From positions 47,766 to 111,765 of the forward strand of contig JBBQWO010000007.1 in NCBI GenBank assembly GCA_038210535.1: a stretch of DNA of 64,000 nt. Reading direction: 5' to 3'. Position 1 is the stretch's first letter, and each line of letters opens with the position of its first letter. The DNA is from Fimbriimonadales bacterium. Lineage in GTDB: Bacteria; Armatimonadota; Fimbriimonadia; Fimbriimonadales; Fimbriimonadaceae. A model generated the notes under the pieces. That model saw only the letters and a program-made list of their open reading frames with translations, made no database searches and had not been told where the DNA came from. Both the position numbers and the translations under genes were made by a program. Positions 8,920-18,559 of the stretch are shown piece after piece.

Positions 8920-10041
8920 CTACGCGAGAGGAGCCTCGGTCGCTTCTCGGATTTGCACGAGCATCGCGTCCACGACTTTCGGGTCGAACTGGGTGCCCCG
9001 GCCCGCGAGCAGCTCTTGTAAAGCGAGCTGCTTCGAGAGGGCACCCCGATAGGGCCGGTCGGTGACCATCGCATCATAAGCATCTACTGCAGCGACGATG
9101 CGGCCAGAAAATGGAATTTCAATACCGCGGAGGCCGTGCGGGTATCCGGTGCCGTCCCACCATTCGTGGTGGCTCAAGGCAATCTCGCAGGCCATCGCCA
9201 AGACGGGCTCGCCGGAACCGGCGAGCATCTGCGCTCCCAGAAGAGAGTGCTGTTCCATCGCTTGGCGCTCCGCGGAAGTAAGCGAGCCTTTTTTCAAAAG
9301 AATCGCGTCCGGCACGGCTATTTTGCCTAAATCGTGCAGAAGCGCTGCGGTCGCAATGTGCGAGGCAAATTCAGGGGAAGAGCCTAGTTCCAACGCAATC
9401 TTGGCTGACAAATCCCCAACCCGTCTGGTGTGGGTCCCCGTCGCATCGTCGCGATATTCGATCGCTCCGGCCAAGCGCTCATACACCTCGCGCCTTGCAA
9501 CGCGTAGCTCATTGGTTCGCTGACGCACCGTTTCTTCTAGCCACGTCTTTTGCCTTTGAACCTCTAGATACAGTCGATGGGTCTTCAGAACATTCCGCAC
9601 GCGCAAGGTTAGTTCGAAAGCTTCAAACGATTTAGGAAGGAAGTCTGCCACTCCTTCTTCGAGCGCCGCGAGCTTTACCGCGTCATCGTCTGTCCCCGTA
9701 ATCATGATGACGGGAGGGTGAACGTCGGTTGGATTGAGGGCCTTTAAAGCTTTTAGTATCGCCACGCCATTCGTCGGGGGAAGCTTGTAATCGATGATGA
9801 GCAGGTCCGGACGTTCCCTGACGTACGTGTCGAACACGCCATCTGGACCATCCAGAATGCTGAGGTTGTGGAAACCCGCTTGCTTCAGTTGGCGTTCGAT
9901 GACCTGACAAGCGGCGGCATCGTCGTCAACGAGGAGAATCCTCGCTCCCGTAACTGCATCATCCGGTCCCATCGTTTTAAAATCAAGGCCCTTCGGAGCC
10001 GTTAGACACAATAGCTTACAAATGTATGGCGACTGCAGCAA
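8920..10041 (-). CDS. Response regulator with an HD-GYP phosphodiesterase output domain
   Basis: Receiver domain 'ILLVDDDAAACQVI...LLIIDYKLPPTNG', then 'HDLGKIAVPDAIL' and 'HHEWWDGTGYPHGL'. An alternative start is ATG 9972 ('MGPDDAV'). Confidence 0.85.
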   Translation of the reverse strand: MLQSPYICKLLCLTAPKGLDFKTMGPDDAVTGARILLVDDDAAACQVIERQLKQAGFHNLSILDGPDGVFDTYVRERPDLLIIDYKLPPTNGVAILKALKALNPTDVHPPVIMITGTDDDAVKLAALEEGVADFLPKSFEAFELTLRVRNVLKTHRLYLEVQRQKTWLEETVRQRTNELRVARREVYERLAGAIEYRDDATGTHTRRVGDLSAKIALELGSSPEFASHIATAALLHDLGKIAVPDAILLKKGSLTSAERQAMEQHSLLGAQMLAGSGEPVLAMACEIALSHHEWWDGTGYPHGLRGIEIPFSGRIVAAVDAYDAMVTDRPYRGALSKQLALQELLAGRGTQFDPKVVDAMLVQIREATEAPLA

Positions 10042-10153
10042 TCCCCTGCCGACGCCCAGAATTGCTATTTGTTAAGCATCCTTCAAGATATAGTTGGCGG
10101 CATCCATTCAGCCCTCAGTCCTGATGGGGCTATTGTCCTGGCAGCGACCCGCC

Positions 10154-11404
10154 CTACTTAAAGAAGTCGAAGGCTTGCAACCGGTCTCGCACTGCCGCTA
10201 AGAATTTTCCAGCTAATAGGCCGTCGATTAGCCGGTGATCGTAGGTGAGAACGAGGTGCATGATCGACCGGATAGCGATCATGTCATCCACAATTACGGG
10301 CATCTTCTGAATCGCGTAGCTTCCGAGAATTGCGCCCTGAGGTGCATTGATCATCGGAGTGCCGAAGAGCGCGCCGTAGGTGCCGGGATTCGTCAGCGTA
10401 AACGTCCCGCCCTTCACATCTTCGACTGAAAGCTTGTTGGCCCGGGCCTTCTTAGCGATGCCTTCCAAGTCTTTCGCAATTTCGATTAACGTCTTGGTAT
10501 GGCAGTCTCGAATGACCGGAACAATGAGCCCCTCGTCGCCTTTGGCTCCTAGTGCGACGGCTACCCCAAGGTGAACGCCGCGGTTCATCAAGATGTTGTT
10601 ATCAGGCTGAAGCGACGCATTCACGAGCGGAAACTCCTGGAGGGTCTCGGCAAGAGCCTTGATGAAGAAGGGGGTGTAGGTGAGCTTGACGCCGTAGGTG
10701 GTGAGGAATGATTCCTTGTTCAGCTCACGAAACTTGACCATGTTGGTCACGTCGCATTGGGTGACCGTGGAGACAGTTGGCACTTGCGAACTGCGCACCA
10801 TCGCTTCCGCGATCATCTTTCGCATGCCGGCAAGCGGCACGAGTTGCTGATCCGGCCCGGCAACGGCGGGAGTGACCGCCTTTGGTTCCGCCACTTTCGG
10901 AGGGCCAGCGGGCGCTGCTGGTTTGCCGGTTTGCAGATAGGTCTCCAGGTCCTTTTTTGTGACGCGTCCGCCTTCGCCTGACCCAGCAATACCACCGAGT
11001 TCCGCGTCCGATAAGCCTTGCTCCTTGGCCATCGCGCGTACGACGGGCGTAAACCATTTGCGCTCTCCATCATTGGCCGGTATTGATGCGGGCTGAGCGA
11101 CTGGGGGAGTTGGTGCTTCGATTACTGGTGCAGATGCGGCGGCTGCAGGTGCGGCCGTGGAGGCACCTGCCTCGTCGATGATGCCCATGGCTTTGAACAC
11201 CTCGACGGTGCCGCCTTCTGGAATCAGAATCTTTGACAGGACTCCCGACGCGGGCGACGGGAGCTCTGTATTGACCTTGTCGGTCATGATCTCGACGATA
11301 GGCTCGTCCTCTTTCACGGATTCCCCTTCCTGCTTGAGCCAGCGGCTCACGGTTCCTTCGTGTATGGACTCACCCAGCTCGGGCATCAAAATCTCGACAG
11401 GCAT
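10154..11404 (-). CDS. Dihydrolipoamide acyltransferase (E2) of a 2-oxoacid dehydrogenase complex
   Basis: Lipoyl domain ('MPELGESIHEGTVSRWL...IMTDKVNTELPSP'), Ala/Pro linker, E3-binding domain and catalytic 'LTYDHRLIDG'. The N-terminus most resembles branched-chain (BkdB-like) E2 from memory. No E1 or E3 gene is adjacent. Confidence 0.85.
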   Translation of the reverse strand: MPVEILMPELGESIHEGTVSRWLKQEGESVKEDEPIVEIMTDKVNTELPSPASGVLSKILIPEGGTVEVFKAMGIIDEAGASTAAPAAAASAPVIEAPTPPVAQPASIPANDGERKWFTPVVRAMAKEQGLSDAELGGIAGSGEGGRVTKKDLETYLQTGKPAAPAGPPKVAEPKAVTPAVAGPDQQLVPLAGMRKMIAEAMVRSSQVPTVSTVTQCDVTNMVKFRELNKESFLTTYGVKLTYTPFFIKALAETLQEFPLVNASLQPDNNILMNRGVHLGVAVALGAKGDEGLIVPVIRDCHTKTLIEIAKDLEGIAKKARANKLSVEDVKGGTFTLTNPGTYGALFGTPMINAPQGAILGSYAIQKMPVIVDDMIAIRSIMHLVLTYDHRLIDGLLAGKFLAAVRDRLQAFDFFK

Positions 11405-11430
11405 AAAGCTAGTTTATCCCTGCTAAGGGG

Positions 11431-12090
11431 TCAACTTTGCAAAGCGATCCATTTCGCCTTCTGTGCCGCTCCCAGAGTGCCCACGACAGAGGCTTGGAGA
11501 ACCTTGAGATCGCTTTGTAGCTTCACGCGCTCCGAGTCATACGATTTGACGATTTCTGCCCTTTGCTTGGTCATCGCCGCTTGGTCGCCAGGTTCCATAT
11601 GGGCAAGGCCCTTGGCAAGCATCTCGTCGAACGCGAGTTTTCGAGCACTGATTTTCTTGAGGAGGACCGATACCTTGTTGGTCTGGCCTTTCGTCAGCCC
11701 AACTCGGGTGGCGATTTCTTTATCGGCGAGCGCCTGGACGCCAATTTGTCGGATCGTTAGCACCAACAGCTTCTTTTCCTGAGCGGCATCAATCGCCGCG
11801 AGGGCCTTCTTGGAGTAGCCGGTATCGAGCGCTCTGATCTCGCTGTCAAGCGGGTTCTTGGAGGCCATCAGCTTTTGTTGCGAAGTTGCGTACTCTGAAA
11901 TTGCCTTTGTGACCGCCCCCTGCTGAGCGACGGAGAGGCGCACTTCCGAACGAATCTGCGGGTTCATGAGCAGGAACGTGCTCTTCTGGATGACGCTAAG
12001 GTGGGGTGCGCTGGGCACTCCCTGCGCGAGGGTAAGGGCTGTTGCAGCGACGGCGAGGGTTCCTAGTAGTAGTCGTGTGAACGTGCTCAT
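11431..12090 (-). CDS. Secreted helical protein, possibly CpxP/Spy-like (LTXXQ motifs)
   Basis: 219 aa with signal peptide 'MSTFTRLLLGTLAVAATALTLAQG'. It contains one exact LTXXQ ('LTKGQ') and two degenerate copies ('LSVAQ', 'LGAAQ'). The family assignment is weak. Confidence 0.5.
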   Translation of the reverse strand: MSTFTRLLLGTLAVAATALTLAQGVPSAPHLSVIQKSTFLLMNPQIRSEVRLSVAQQGAVTKAISEYATSQQKLMASKNPLDSEIRALDTGYSKKALAAIDAAQEKKLLVLTIRQIGVQALADKEIATRVGLTKGQTNKVSVLLKKISARKLAFDEMLAKGLAHMEPGDQAAMTKQRAEIVKSYDSERVKLQSDLKVLQASVVGTLGAAQKAKWIALQS

Positions 12091-12178
12091 GCTTGCTCTT
12101 GTAGACGGGTCGAGCCCGACCTTATTACGTACGTGATGCGGCCAAGAAAATGACGCTCCGGTAGAATATCAGCTTCTC

Positions 12179-12251
12179 GGGCCCGTAGCTCAGTGGTTAG
12201 AGCTAGCGGCTCATAACCGCTTGGTCAGGGGTTCGAACCCCCTCGGGCCCA
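12179..12251 (+). tRNA. tRNA with anticodon CAT (elongator Met, or Ile2 if lysidine-modified)
   Basis: Hand-folded cloverleaf, 73 nt:
- acceptor GGGCCCG/CGGGCCC
- D arm GCTC-AGTGGTTA-GAGC
- anticodon arm AGCGG-CTCATAA-CCGCT
- variable TGGTC
- T arm AGGGG-TTCGAAC-CCCCT
- discriminator A
CCA is not encoded. The paired 1:72 and the absence of three G:C pairs in the anticodon stem argue against an initiator. Confidence 0.9.
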
Positions 12252-12327
12252 TATTTTTCTTCCCGAGAGGCACTTCCTTTGGGGGCAGTATTTTGCGGAA
12301 CCTTGGCGGGCGTGTCACGATTAGCTT

Positions 12328-13581
12328 GTGGAAGTCGTGGTAATCGGGGCCGGCGCTGCTGGCATTATTGCGGCATGGCGCGCAGCTTCTCTCGGTGCCC
12401 GCGTAACACTGCTCGAGAAGACTCCGCGGATCGGAACCAAGATTCTGATTTCTGGGGGAGGGAAGTGCAACATCACGCACGACGGCCCGTTGGAGAGTCT
12501 TATCCGGGCGTTCAGACCAAACGAGGGTCGCTTCATACGGCCTGCCTGCTATCGATTCCAGAACAAGCAGGTAGTCGAGATGCTCACCAGCCGTGGCCTC
12601 TCCGTCTACACTCGCCCCGACGGCAGGATCTTTCCCGTCGACCAGACGGCCAAAGATGTTGTTCGAATTCTGAAAAGCTATCTGGATGACGTGAACGTCG
12701 ATGTGCGCCTCGATGTCCCGGTGATCGGCTTGGGCATTGAAGGCGGTGTAGTCAAGAGCGTACGTTCGCAGGGCGGTGACATTCAGGCTGAACGGGTGGT
12801 CCTAACGGTCGGCGGGAGTTCGTATCCAAACAGCGGTACGACGGGAGACGGGTGGAAATGGTGCCGTGACGCTGGACACACCATCGTAAAACCTCGCGCG
12901 GCGCTTGCCCCGATCTACATGCACTCCGACGAAGCCTGGGCTGCCCGGTCCGGGGTGGCGTTAAGAGGCTGCATTCTCAAGGGCCGCCAAGGCAAGGAAT
13001 TCGTACGCTGGAGAGGCGATCTCCTGTTGACTCACCACGGCATTTCTGGGCCAAACGCGCTTGGCGTCAGTAGGGAAGTGGCGGAAAAGCTAGAAATAGG
13101 CGAAGTCACGTTAGATGTGGACCTCCTCCCAGACAGGAGCTTCGAGGAGCTTGTCCAAGAGCTGCTGGCTTATGGTGCTAGTCATCCAAGGCGTCAGATC
13201 GGTTCCTGGTTGGAGCCGTTTGTGCCAAATAGTTTGGTGGCCGAACTTCTGGGAAGCGCTGGCATTGAGGAGTCAGGAGTCTTTGCGCGTTTTGAGAAGA
13301 AGCAGCGTAACCGCCTGATCGAAACGCTAAAAGCTTGGCAACTGGGGCTCGTTCGGACGGTTCCGCTTGAGAAGGGTGAGGTCGTGGCGGGTGGTGTTGC
13401 TCTGGACGAGGTCGATCCTCAGACCTTGGCCTCCAGGCGGGTGCGAGGTCTCTATCTGGCTGGCGAAGTGCTCGATGTCGCTGGTCCGGTCGGGGGCTAC
13501 AACCTGCAGGCTGCCTTCGCAATGGGCTATGCGGCGGGAGAATCTGCGGCTGAAGCCGTCAAGACTCAGAGTCACCTCTGA
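12328..13581 (+). CDS. HI0933/YhiN (BaiN-like) family FAD-dependent oxidoreductase
   Basis: 417 aa with a GTG start. It has the dinucleotide motif 'VVVIGAGAAGIIAA' followed by 'ILISGGGKCNITH', which is characteristic of the HI0933 family. Confidence 0.8.
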   Translation: MEVVVIGAGAAGIIAAWRAASLGARVTLLEKTPRIGTKILISGGGKCNITHDGPLESLIRAFRPNEGRFIRPACYRFQNKQVVEMLTSRGLSVYTRPDGRIFPVDQTAKDVVRILKSYLDDVNVDVRLDVPVIGLGIEGGVVKSVRSQGGDIQAERVVLTVGGSSYPNSGTTGDGWKWCRDAGHTIVKPRAALAPIYMHSDEAWAARSGVALRGCILKGRQGKEFVRWRGDLLLTHHGISGPNALGVSREVAEKLEIGEVTLDVDLLPDRSFEELVQELLAYGASHPRRQIGSWLEPFVPNSLVAELLGSAGIEESGVFARFEKKQRNRLIETLKAWQLGLVRTVPLEKGEVVAGGVALDEVDPQTLASRRVRGLYLAGEVLDVAGPVGGYNLQAAFAMGYAAGESAAEAVKTQSHL

Positions 13582-13730
13582 GCAAATTTGAGTTTTCTTG
13601 CGGGAACAACTCCTGATTTCTCATCGAGATCGCGCTTGGCGTCTGAGGCGTGTTAACAAATGTCGCATACACGTAGCCTGAATTGGTGACATGCTGATAG
13701 GGAAGGCTTCCCCTAGCTGAATGGACCTGA

Positions 13731-15401
13731 ATGATGATCCCCGAAGAGCCACAAAGTGTCTTGATTCCTTCTGAGGAATCGTTAGGCGGCAGCGCCACCT
13801 TCAAGCAACTCCAAGCCCCCGACTTTCTAGACGCCCTTGCCCGGGCCTCCACGAAAGACGAACTGATCCATGAGCTTGCGCTGGAGTGGGTTCGCGTCAG
13901 CGGAGCCGATTCCTGCGACGTCCTCTATCGGGATCAGGGCGATGGGCTGGTGATGAAGGCAAGCACATTCATCCCGGAGTTTAACAATAGACTTAAACTC
14001 GGCAAAGGCGTGGGTCTTTGCGGGCACGTGCTTCTAACGGGAGAGCCGCTGTTTATCGGCGGTGATGCTGTAGATGATCCCCGCTATGCCAAGTACCCCG
14101 GAGTAGAAACTGATACCTGCGATGGTGTAGCCATCATGCCCCTCTCGCATGACGGAGAACTACAACCGTTTGGAGTCGTGCATTTGAGAAAGACTTGCCC
14201 TTGGCACTCAAGTGAGCAAGAGAGACATTACTTGATTGGTACCGCGAAAGAAACTGTCAAAGCTCTTAAAGCTTATAGCAACGCCTACCAAGCTGGAACG
14301 CAGCAGAACCGACTGGGAGCACTTAGCGAAGTCTCCAAAACCATTGCGACAAGCCCTTACCTCGAAGAGATACTTCAGCTCCTTGTCAACTTGACGGCTC
14401 AACAGTTCAACTATCGGGTCTGCACCGTAAGGCTTCTCGACGAAGCTCGTGGGATGCTCGTTCTTCGAGCCACCCAGGCGCCGGCAAAGGCGTATCAGCG
14501 CAAGCGCGCCATCGCTTTGGGCGAATCGATTGCAGGCCGAGCGATTGCTGAAAACCGCGCAGTGATGGTTCGAGATGTACAAATTGAAGCAGACTACATT
14601 GGCCATGATCTTGCCGTGGAGCAAGGTCTACGTTCCATGATCTGTGTGCCGCTAACCGTACAAGACAAACCCGTCGGTGTCCTTAGCTGCTACACAAGCG
14701 AAGTTCGTGATTTTTCTCAGGACGAGATTAAGGCCCTTGAAACTTTGGCCAAGCAGGCGGCAATTTCTATCGAGCACGCCAAGCTACAGGTTCGTAACAC
14801 GCTGATGCAAGAAATGCATCACCGAGTGAAGAACAACCTACAACAAGTCGCGTCTCTCCTGCGCCTCCAGATGCGTCACGGCAGCTACAAATCTTTGGAG
14901 GAAGCCTTAAACGACTGCCTTGCGAGGATTTTGGCGATCGCGTCGGTCCACGATCTTTTAAGCCGCGACGATCTCGATCATGTTGGAGTTAAGTCTCTCG
15001 CAGACAGTTTGGTTCATCACCAACAAAGCTCTCTCGTTCTACCGGATCGGTCCATCCATTTCCAGGTGCGTGGTGAAGACGTAACCCTCAACATTTCTCA
15101 GGCTACTCAAGTCGCGCTGGTCCTTAACGAGCTAATTTTGAACGCGATTGAGCATGGCTTCAAACACACAGCCGCAGGTGAAGTTCACGTGACCATCGAA
15201 GCGACTGAAGAAGAGGTGTCTATCTGGGTCTCGAACAGTGGCGACCCTTTGCCTGACCAATTTGATCCCACGAAAGCCAGCAACCTCGGGCTCAAGATCG
15301 TAGACAGTCTAGCAAGGGGACTCAACGGACGCTTTAAGCTAGCGAATATCTTGGGATGGACGGTCGCCGAGGTTATCTTCACACGTCAAACCGGAGAATG
15401 A
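13731..15401 (+). CDS. Cytoplasmic GAF-GAF sensor histidine kinase (HisKA_2 type)
   Basis: 556 aa. Two GAF-like regions are followed by the H-box 'EMHHRVKNNLQQVASLLRLQ' and an HATPase region ('LNELILNAIEHGF', 'GLKIVDSL'). Confidence 0.8.
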   Translation: MMIPEEPQSVLIPSEESLGGSATFKQLQAPDFLDALARASTKDELIHELALEWVRVSGADSCDVLYRDQGDGLVMKASTFIPEFNNRLKLGKGVGLCGHVLLTGEPLFIGGDAVDDPRYAKYPGVETDTCDGVAIMPLSHDGELQPFGVVHLRKTCPWHSSEQERHYLIGTAKETVKALKAYSNAYQAGTQQNRLGALSEVSKTIATSPYLEEILQLLVNLTAQQFNYRVCTVRLLDEARGMLVLRATQAPAKAYQRKRAIALGESIAGRAIAENRAVMVRDVQIEADYIGHDLAVEQGLRSMICVPLTVQDKPVGVLSCYTSEVRDFSQDEIKALETLAKQAAISIEHAKLQVRNTLMQEMHHRVKNNLQQVASLLRLQMRHGSYKSLEEALNDCLARILAIASVHDLLSRDDLDHVGVKSLADSLVHHQQSSLVLPDRSIHFQVRGEDVTLNISQATQVALVLNELILNAIEHGFKHTAAGEVHVTIEATEEEVSIWVSNSGDPLPDQFDPTKASNLGLKIVDSLARGLNGRFKLANILGWTVAEVIFTRQTGE

Positions 15402-15422
15402 GCCAGATAGCGGACTGGGACT

Positions 15423-16118
15423 CTAGATGGTAACCCTGTTGATTAGCCCCACGCCTTTGGCCGCCCAAAGACATCCGCGGCGAATCAGCTCCTTTGGCTC
15501 TCTAGCTTCCAGAACGCTTCGCTGATGCCCGAGAGCGTTGTAATACACCCGGCCCCTACCGTACATCTTTGTCCAAATTTGGGGCATTTTGCAGGGATTC
15601 CCTGTATGAGGTCCCTCGACTCCGGCAGCAGGGAAGTCGCACGTGGCCAGCACGTCGACGCCGGGATCGACGTGTAGGTAGTACTGCTCCGAAGCGACCT
15701 CGAAGTCTCCTATTCCGTCGATGATGGGATGGGGCTTGCTCCGCATATTGATCGCGTAACGAACGCCATCGTTGCCCGGATGCGCCACCCATTGGCCACC
15801 AGTAAGAAACTGCCATTCAGTGTCCGCCCTAAATGCATCGCACATCCCGCCATGGCAGCCCGCCATTCCCACCCCGTGCTCCGCGACCGCTTTCAACACG
15901 GGATTGCGATGCTCAGGTGAGATTTCCCCCATGGTCCACACCGGCACGATCAGGCTCAATTCCGCGAGTTTCGTTTCATCGCAAAAGGATTCCAAGGTGT
16001 TGGAGACTTCTGTCTCAAAGCCTTCGCCCTGCAAGATCTCATCAAAGAAGCTGGCGACCTTTTCGGGCTCGTGCCCGTCCCATCCGCCCCAAACAATCAG
16101 CGCCTTTCGCGATGCCAT
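15423..16118 (-). CDS. ThuA-domain (trehalose-utilisation-like, class I amidotransferase fold) protein
   Basis: 231 aa. 'ALIVWGGWDGHEP' and the overall layout match ThuA-like proteins as I recall them. Confidence 0.75.
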   Translation of the reverse strand: MASRKALIVWGGWDGHEPEKVASFFDEILQGEGFETEVSNTLESFCDETKLAELSLIVPVWTMGEISPEHRNPVLKAVAEHGVGMAGCHGGMCDAFRADTEWQFLTGGQWVAHPGNDGVRYAINMRSKPHPIIDGIGDFEVASEQYYLHVDPGVDVLATCDFPAAGVEGPHTGNPCKMPQIWTKMYGRGRVYYNALGHQRSVLEAREPKELIRRGCLWAAKGVGLINRVTI

Positions 16119-16129
16119 AGACTCCGAGG

Positions 16130-17944
16130 TTACCTACCCAACGTGAAGTAGAACGTGGCCCCTTCGCCAACCTTTCCCTGTGCCCAAACCTTGCCGCCAT
16201 GCCGGTGGACAATCCGCTTTACATTTGCGAGACCGATGCCCGTTCCGGGATAATCTTGCGGACTGTGCAGTCGCTCGAAAGGCACGTAAAGTTTTTCAGC
16301 GAACTGCTCATCGAAACCGACCCCGTTGTCCCGCACGAAGTACGCACTAACGCCATCCACCGATTCGCTTCCAACCGAGATCCGCGGTTCCGGCGTCTCC
16401 TTTACAAACTTCCAAGCGTTCTCGATATGGTTTGTCAAAAGGACTCGCAAGAGCGAGTGGTCTCCGGTGGCGACCATCCCGGGCTGAACTGTGAGGACTC
16501 CTTCTGGCATCCCGGTTTCCAACCCAATGGATCGTACGAGTGCGGACAGATCGACATCGCTGAGATTCATTTCCCTACGACCGAGACGGGAATACTCGAG
16601 TAGATCGTCGATGAGTGCCGACATACGCTTGGCTGCCGCTGAGGAGCGCTTGAGCTCGGCTCGACCGTCTTCGCCAATCTTGTCCCCATAATCCTCGATC
16701 ACGATCATGCTGGCGCTCATGATGCTCCTGAGGGGTGCTCGCAGGTCGTGCGAGACGGAGTACGCAAAAGATTCTAACTCCTTGTTGGCTACTTGCAATT
16801 CCTGAGTTCGCTCCTCAACCCTCTGCTCGACGTTGCGGAAGAGTCGGGCATTGTCGACAGCGATTGCGGCCCGCAGAGCGAGTTCCGTTGCAAAACTGAG
16901 CTCCTGATGCGTGTAGCGGTCCTGCTTGGCTGCAACAAAGGTGATCGCTCCGATCACTTTGTCGCGAACGATCATCGGCACGATCATGACGCCGCCAATC
17001 TCGGTCTGGCGAATGAGGGCGAGATGCTCTTCATCTCGGGCAGTGGCGGTGAGCATCTCTTCGGTGATGCTGGGATAGAATTCGGACACTCCCTCTCGTA
17101 AGACCTTTGCGAGCCCCTGCTCGTCGTTCATATCTATCGGGTAGCGCGAATTCACTTCGTCCGCCCACTTCACTTTAGCGGGGTCGATGTGAGCGACGGT
17201 GACTCGCTTGGCCACGCCGTTTTCCAGCGTGTGTACGGCGATCCACTCGGCGAGATTTGGAACCAACACGGATGCCACGTTCGCTAGGGTCGTCTCATAG
17301 TCGAGGGAGGAACTCAGCGTAACGCTGGCATCGTTGAGCAATCGCTCCATCTGCTGGGCGTTCCGGGTCCGTTCATAGAGCCGCGCATGATCGACGGCGG
17401 TTGCCGCACGCCGTCCAATCTCTTCGACAAGCGCAATCCGCGCCTCGCTGAATTCGAAATCTGGTTCAGTGGCCACACAGCAAAGAACGCCGATCGCCTG
17501 ACCATTCGTGACGAGCGGAACGATCAGGAATGAAGCAATGCCGACCTGCTTGTACTGGTCTGATTTTATTTCACCGACTTCAAACTGTTGGAGCACCTTG
17601 GAGTCGATCTGCTCGACCACAACTGACTGGCAGCGTTCGATCGAGGATCGAACGACGGCCTCTAATCCTGAGCTTAGCTCGTCGAAGCTCATGCCCTCGA
17701 TCAACTTCCGCTTGGCCCCGTCCGCATGGTGCCATGCGGCAATGTGAAGTCGATCGTCCTCGAGCAAGAAGACCGAGGCCATCTCGCAAATTCTCGTTAC
17801 AAGCAGTTCCGCCACATTGGCGAGAGTCTCGCTGTAATCGAGGGAAGACGCCAGTCTCGCACTCGCTTCAGCCAAGAAGCGGAAGTCTTCTGTTACAGTG
17901 AGACCGGCAGAATTGGCATCTCTTACATTCTCTTCAAGTGACAC
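16130..17944 (-). CDS. GAF-GAF sensor histidine kinase (HisKA/HATPase_c)
   Basis: 604 aa. Two GAF regions and a coiled coil are followed by the H-box 'FAYSVSHDLRAPLRSI' and ATPase motifs 'VRDNGVGF' and 'GTGIGLANVKRIV'. Confidence 0.85.
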   Translation of the reverse strand: MSLEENVRDANSAGLTVTEDFRFLAEASARLASSLDYSETLANVAELLVTRICEMASVFLLEDDRLHIAAWHHADGAKRKLIEGMSFDELSSGLEAVVRSSIERCQSVVVEQIDSKVLQQFEVGEIKSDQYKQVGIASFLIVPLVTNGQAIGVLCCVATEPDFEFSEARIALVEEIGRRAATAVDHARLYERTRNAQQMERLLNDASVTLSSSLDYETTLANVASVLVPNLAEWIAVHTLENGVAKRVTVAHIDPAKVKWADEVNSRYPIDMNDEQGLAKVLREGVSEFYPSITEEMLTATARDEEHLALIRQTEIGGVMIVPMIVRDKVIGAITFVAAKQDRYTHQELSFATELALRAAIAVDNARLFRNVEQRVEERTQELQVANKELESFAYSVSHDLRAPLRSIMSASMIVIEDYGDKIGEDGRAELKRSSAAAKRMSALIDDLLEYSRLGRREMNLSDVDLSALVRSIGLETGMPEGVLTVQPGMVATGDHSLLRVLLTNHIENAWKFVKETPEPRISVGSESVDGVSAYFVRDNGVGFDEQFAEKLYVPFERLHSPQDYPGTGIGLANVKRIVHRHGGKVWAQGKVGEGATFYFTLGR

Positions 17945-17989
17945 TAACTAATTTTTTTCGAGACCGTGGTCCCAACTCCCTGCACGGTT

Positions 17990-18559
17990 TTATACCGGAC
18001 TTTGCCAGTGCTCGTTGAGTAATGAGGTGAGCACGTGATCCTCCCACTGGCCATCAATGAGGAGATAGTCCCGCGCATATCCCTCGACCTGGAAGCCCAG
18101 GCGCCGCAGCAAGCCACCGCTTCGCTCGTTTCTAGGCATGTACATCGCGCAGATCCGATGTAGATTCTTTTCCTCAAACATGTGCCCGATGATTGCTTCC
18201 AAGGCTTCACGCATGAAGCCGGCTCCCTGGTGCGCTTCTGAGAGGGTGTAACCAAGTATGCCGGCGTAGCAGGGGCTGCGCTTGATATCTGTGACGTTAG
18301 CAACGCCAACAATTTCGTTTCCTTTATGCAGGCAAAAGCGGAAAGCTGTGCCCTGATGCAGGTGCTGCGACATGACCCCGATGCTGTCCTCCCACGCCCG
18401 AGCGTTGAACATGTCTTCCCGAAAGGTGGGCGACCAAGGCTGGAGAAAGTCTCGGTTGTCGCTGTAATAGCGAGCGAACAAGGCTCCATCTCCCCGATGA
18501 GGAGTTCGAACTACCAGGCGCTTTGTCACGATCTCGATCGCTTCCATCGGGCTATCCAA
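17990..18559 (-). CDS. GNAT N-acetyltransferase, RimJ/RimL-like
   Basis: 189 aa. 'LVVRTPHRGDGALFARYY' and 'HQGAGFMREALEAIIGHMFEE..LHRI' fit the RimJ/L-type GNAT pattern. It overlaps the accB stop by 8 nt. Confidence 0.75.
   Translation of the reverse strand: MDSPMEAIEIVTKRLVVRTPHRGDGALFARYYSDNRDFLQPWSPTFREDMFNARAWEDSIGVMSQHLHQGTAFRFCLHKGNEIVGVANVTDIKRSPCYAGILGYTLSEAHQGAGFMREALEAIIGHMFEEKNLHRICAMYMPRNERSGGLLRRLGFQVEGYARDYLLIDGQWEDHVLTSLLNEHWQSPV

Noticed and set aside
12179-12251. tRNA as an integration hotspot or island boundary
   Set aside because: There is no integrase, no direct repeat of the tRNA 3' end, and no compositional break that I could see on either side.
17944-18489. 181-aa minus-strand ORF
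   Set aside because: It is an alternative frame inside the GNAT gene, which has clear motifs. This frame is Ser/Thr/Cys/Arg-rich and unstructured.
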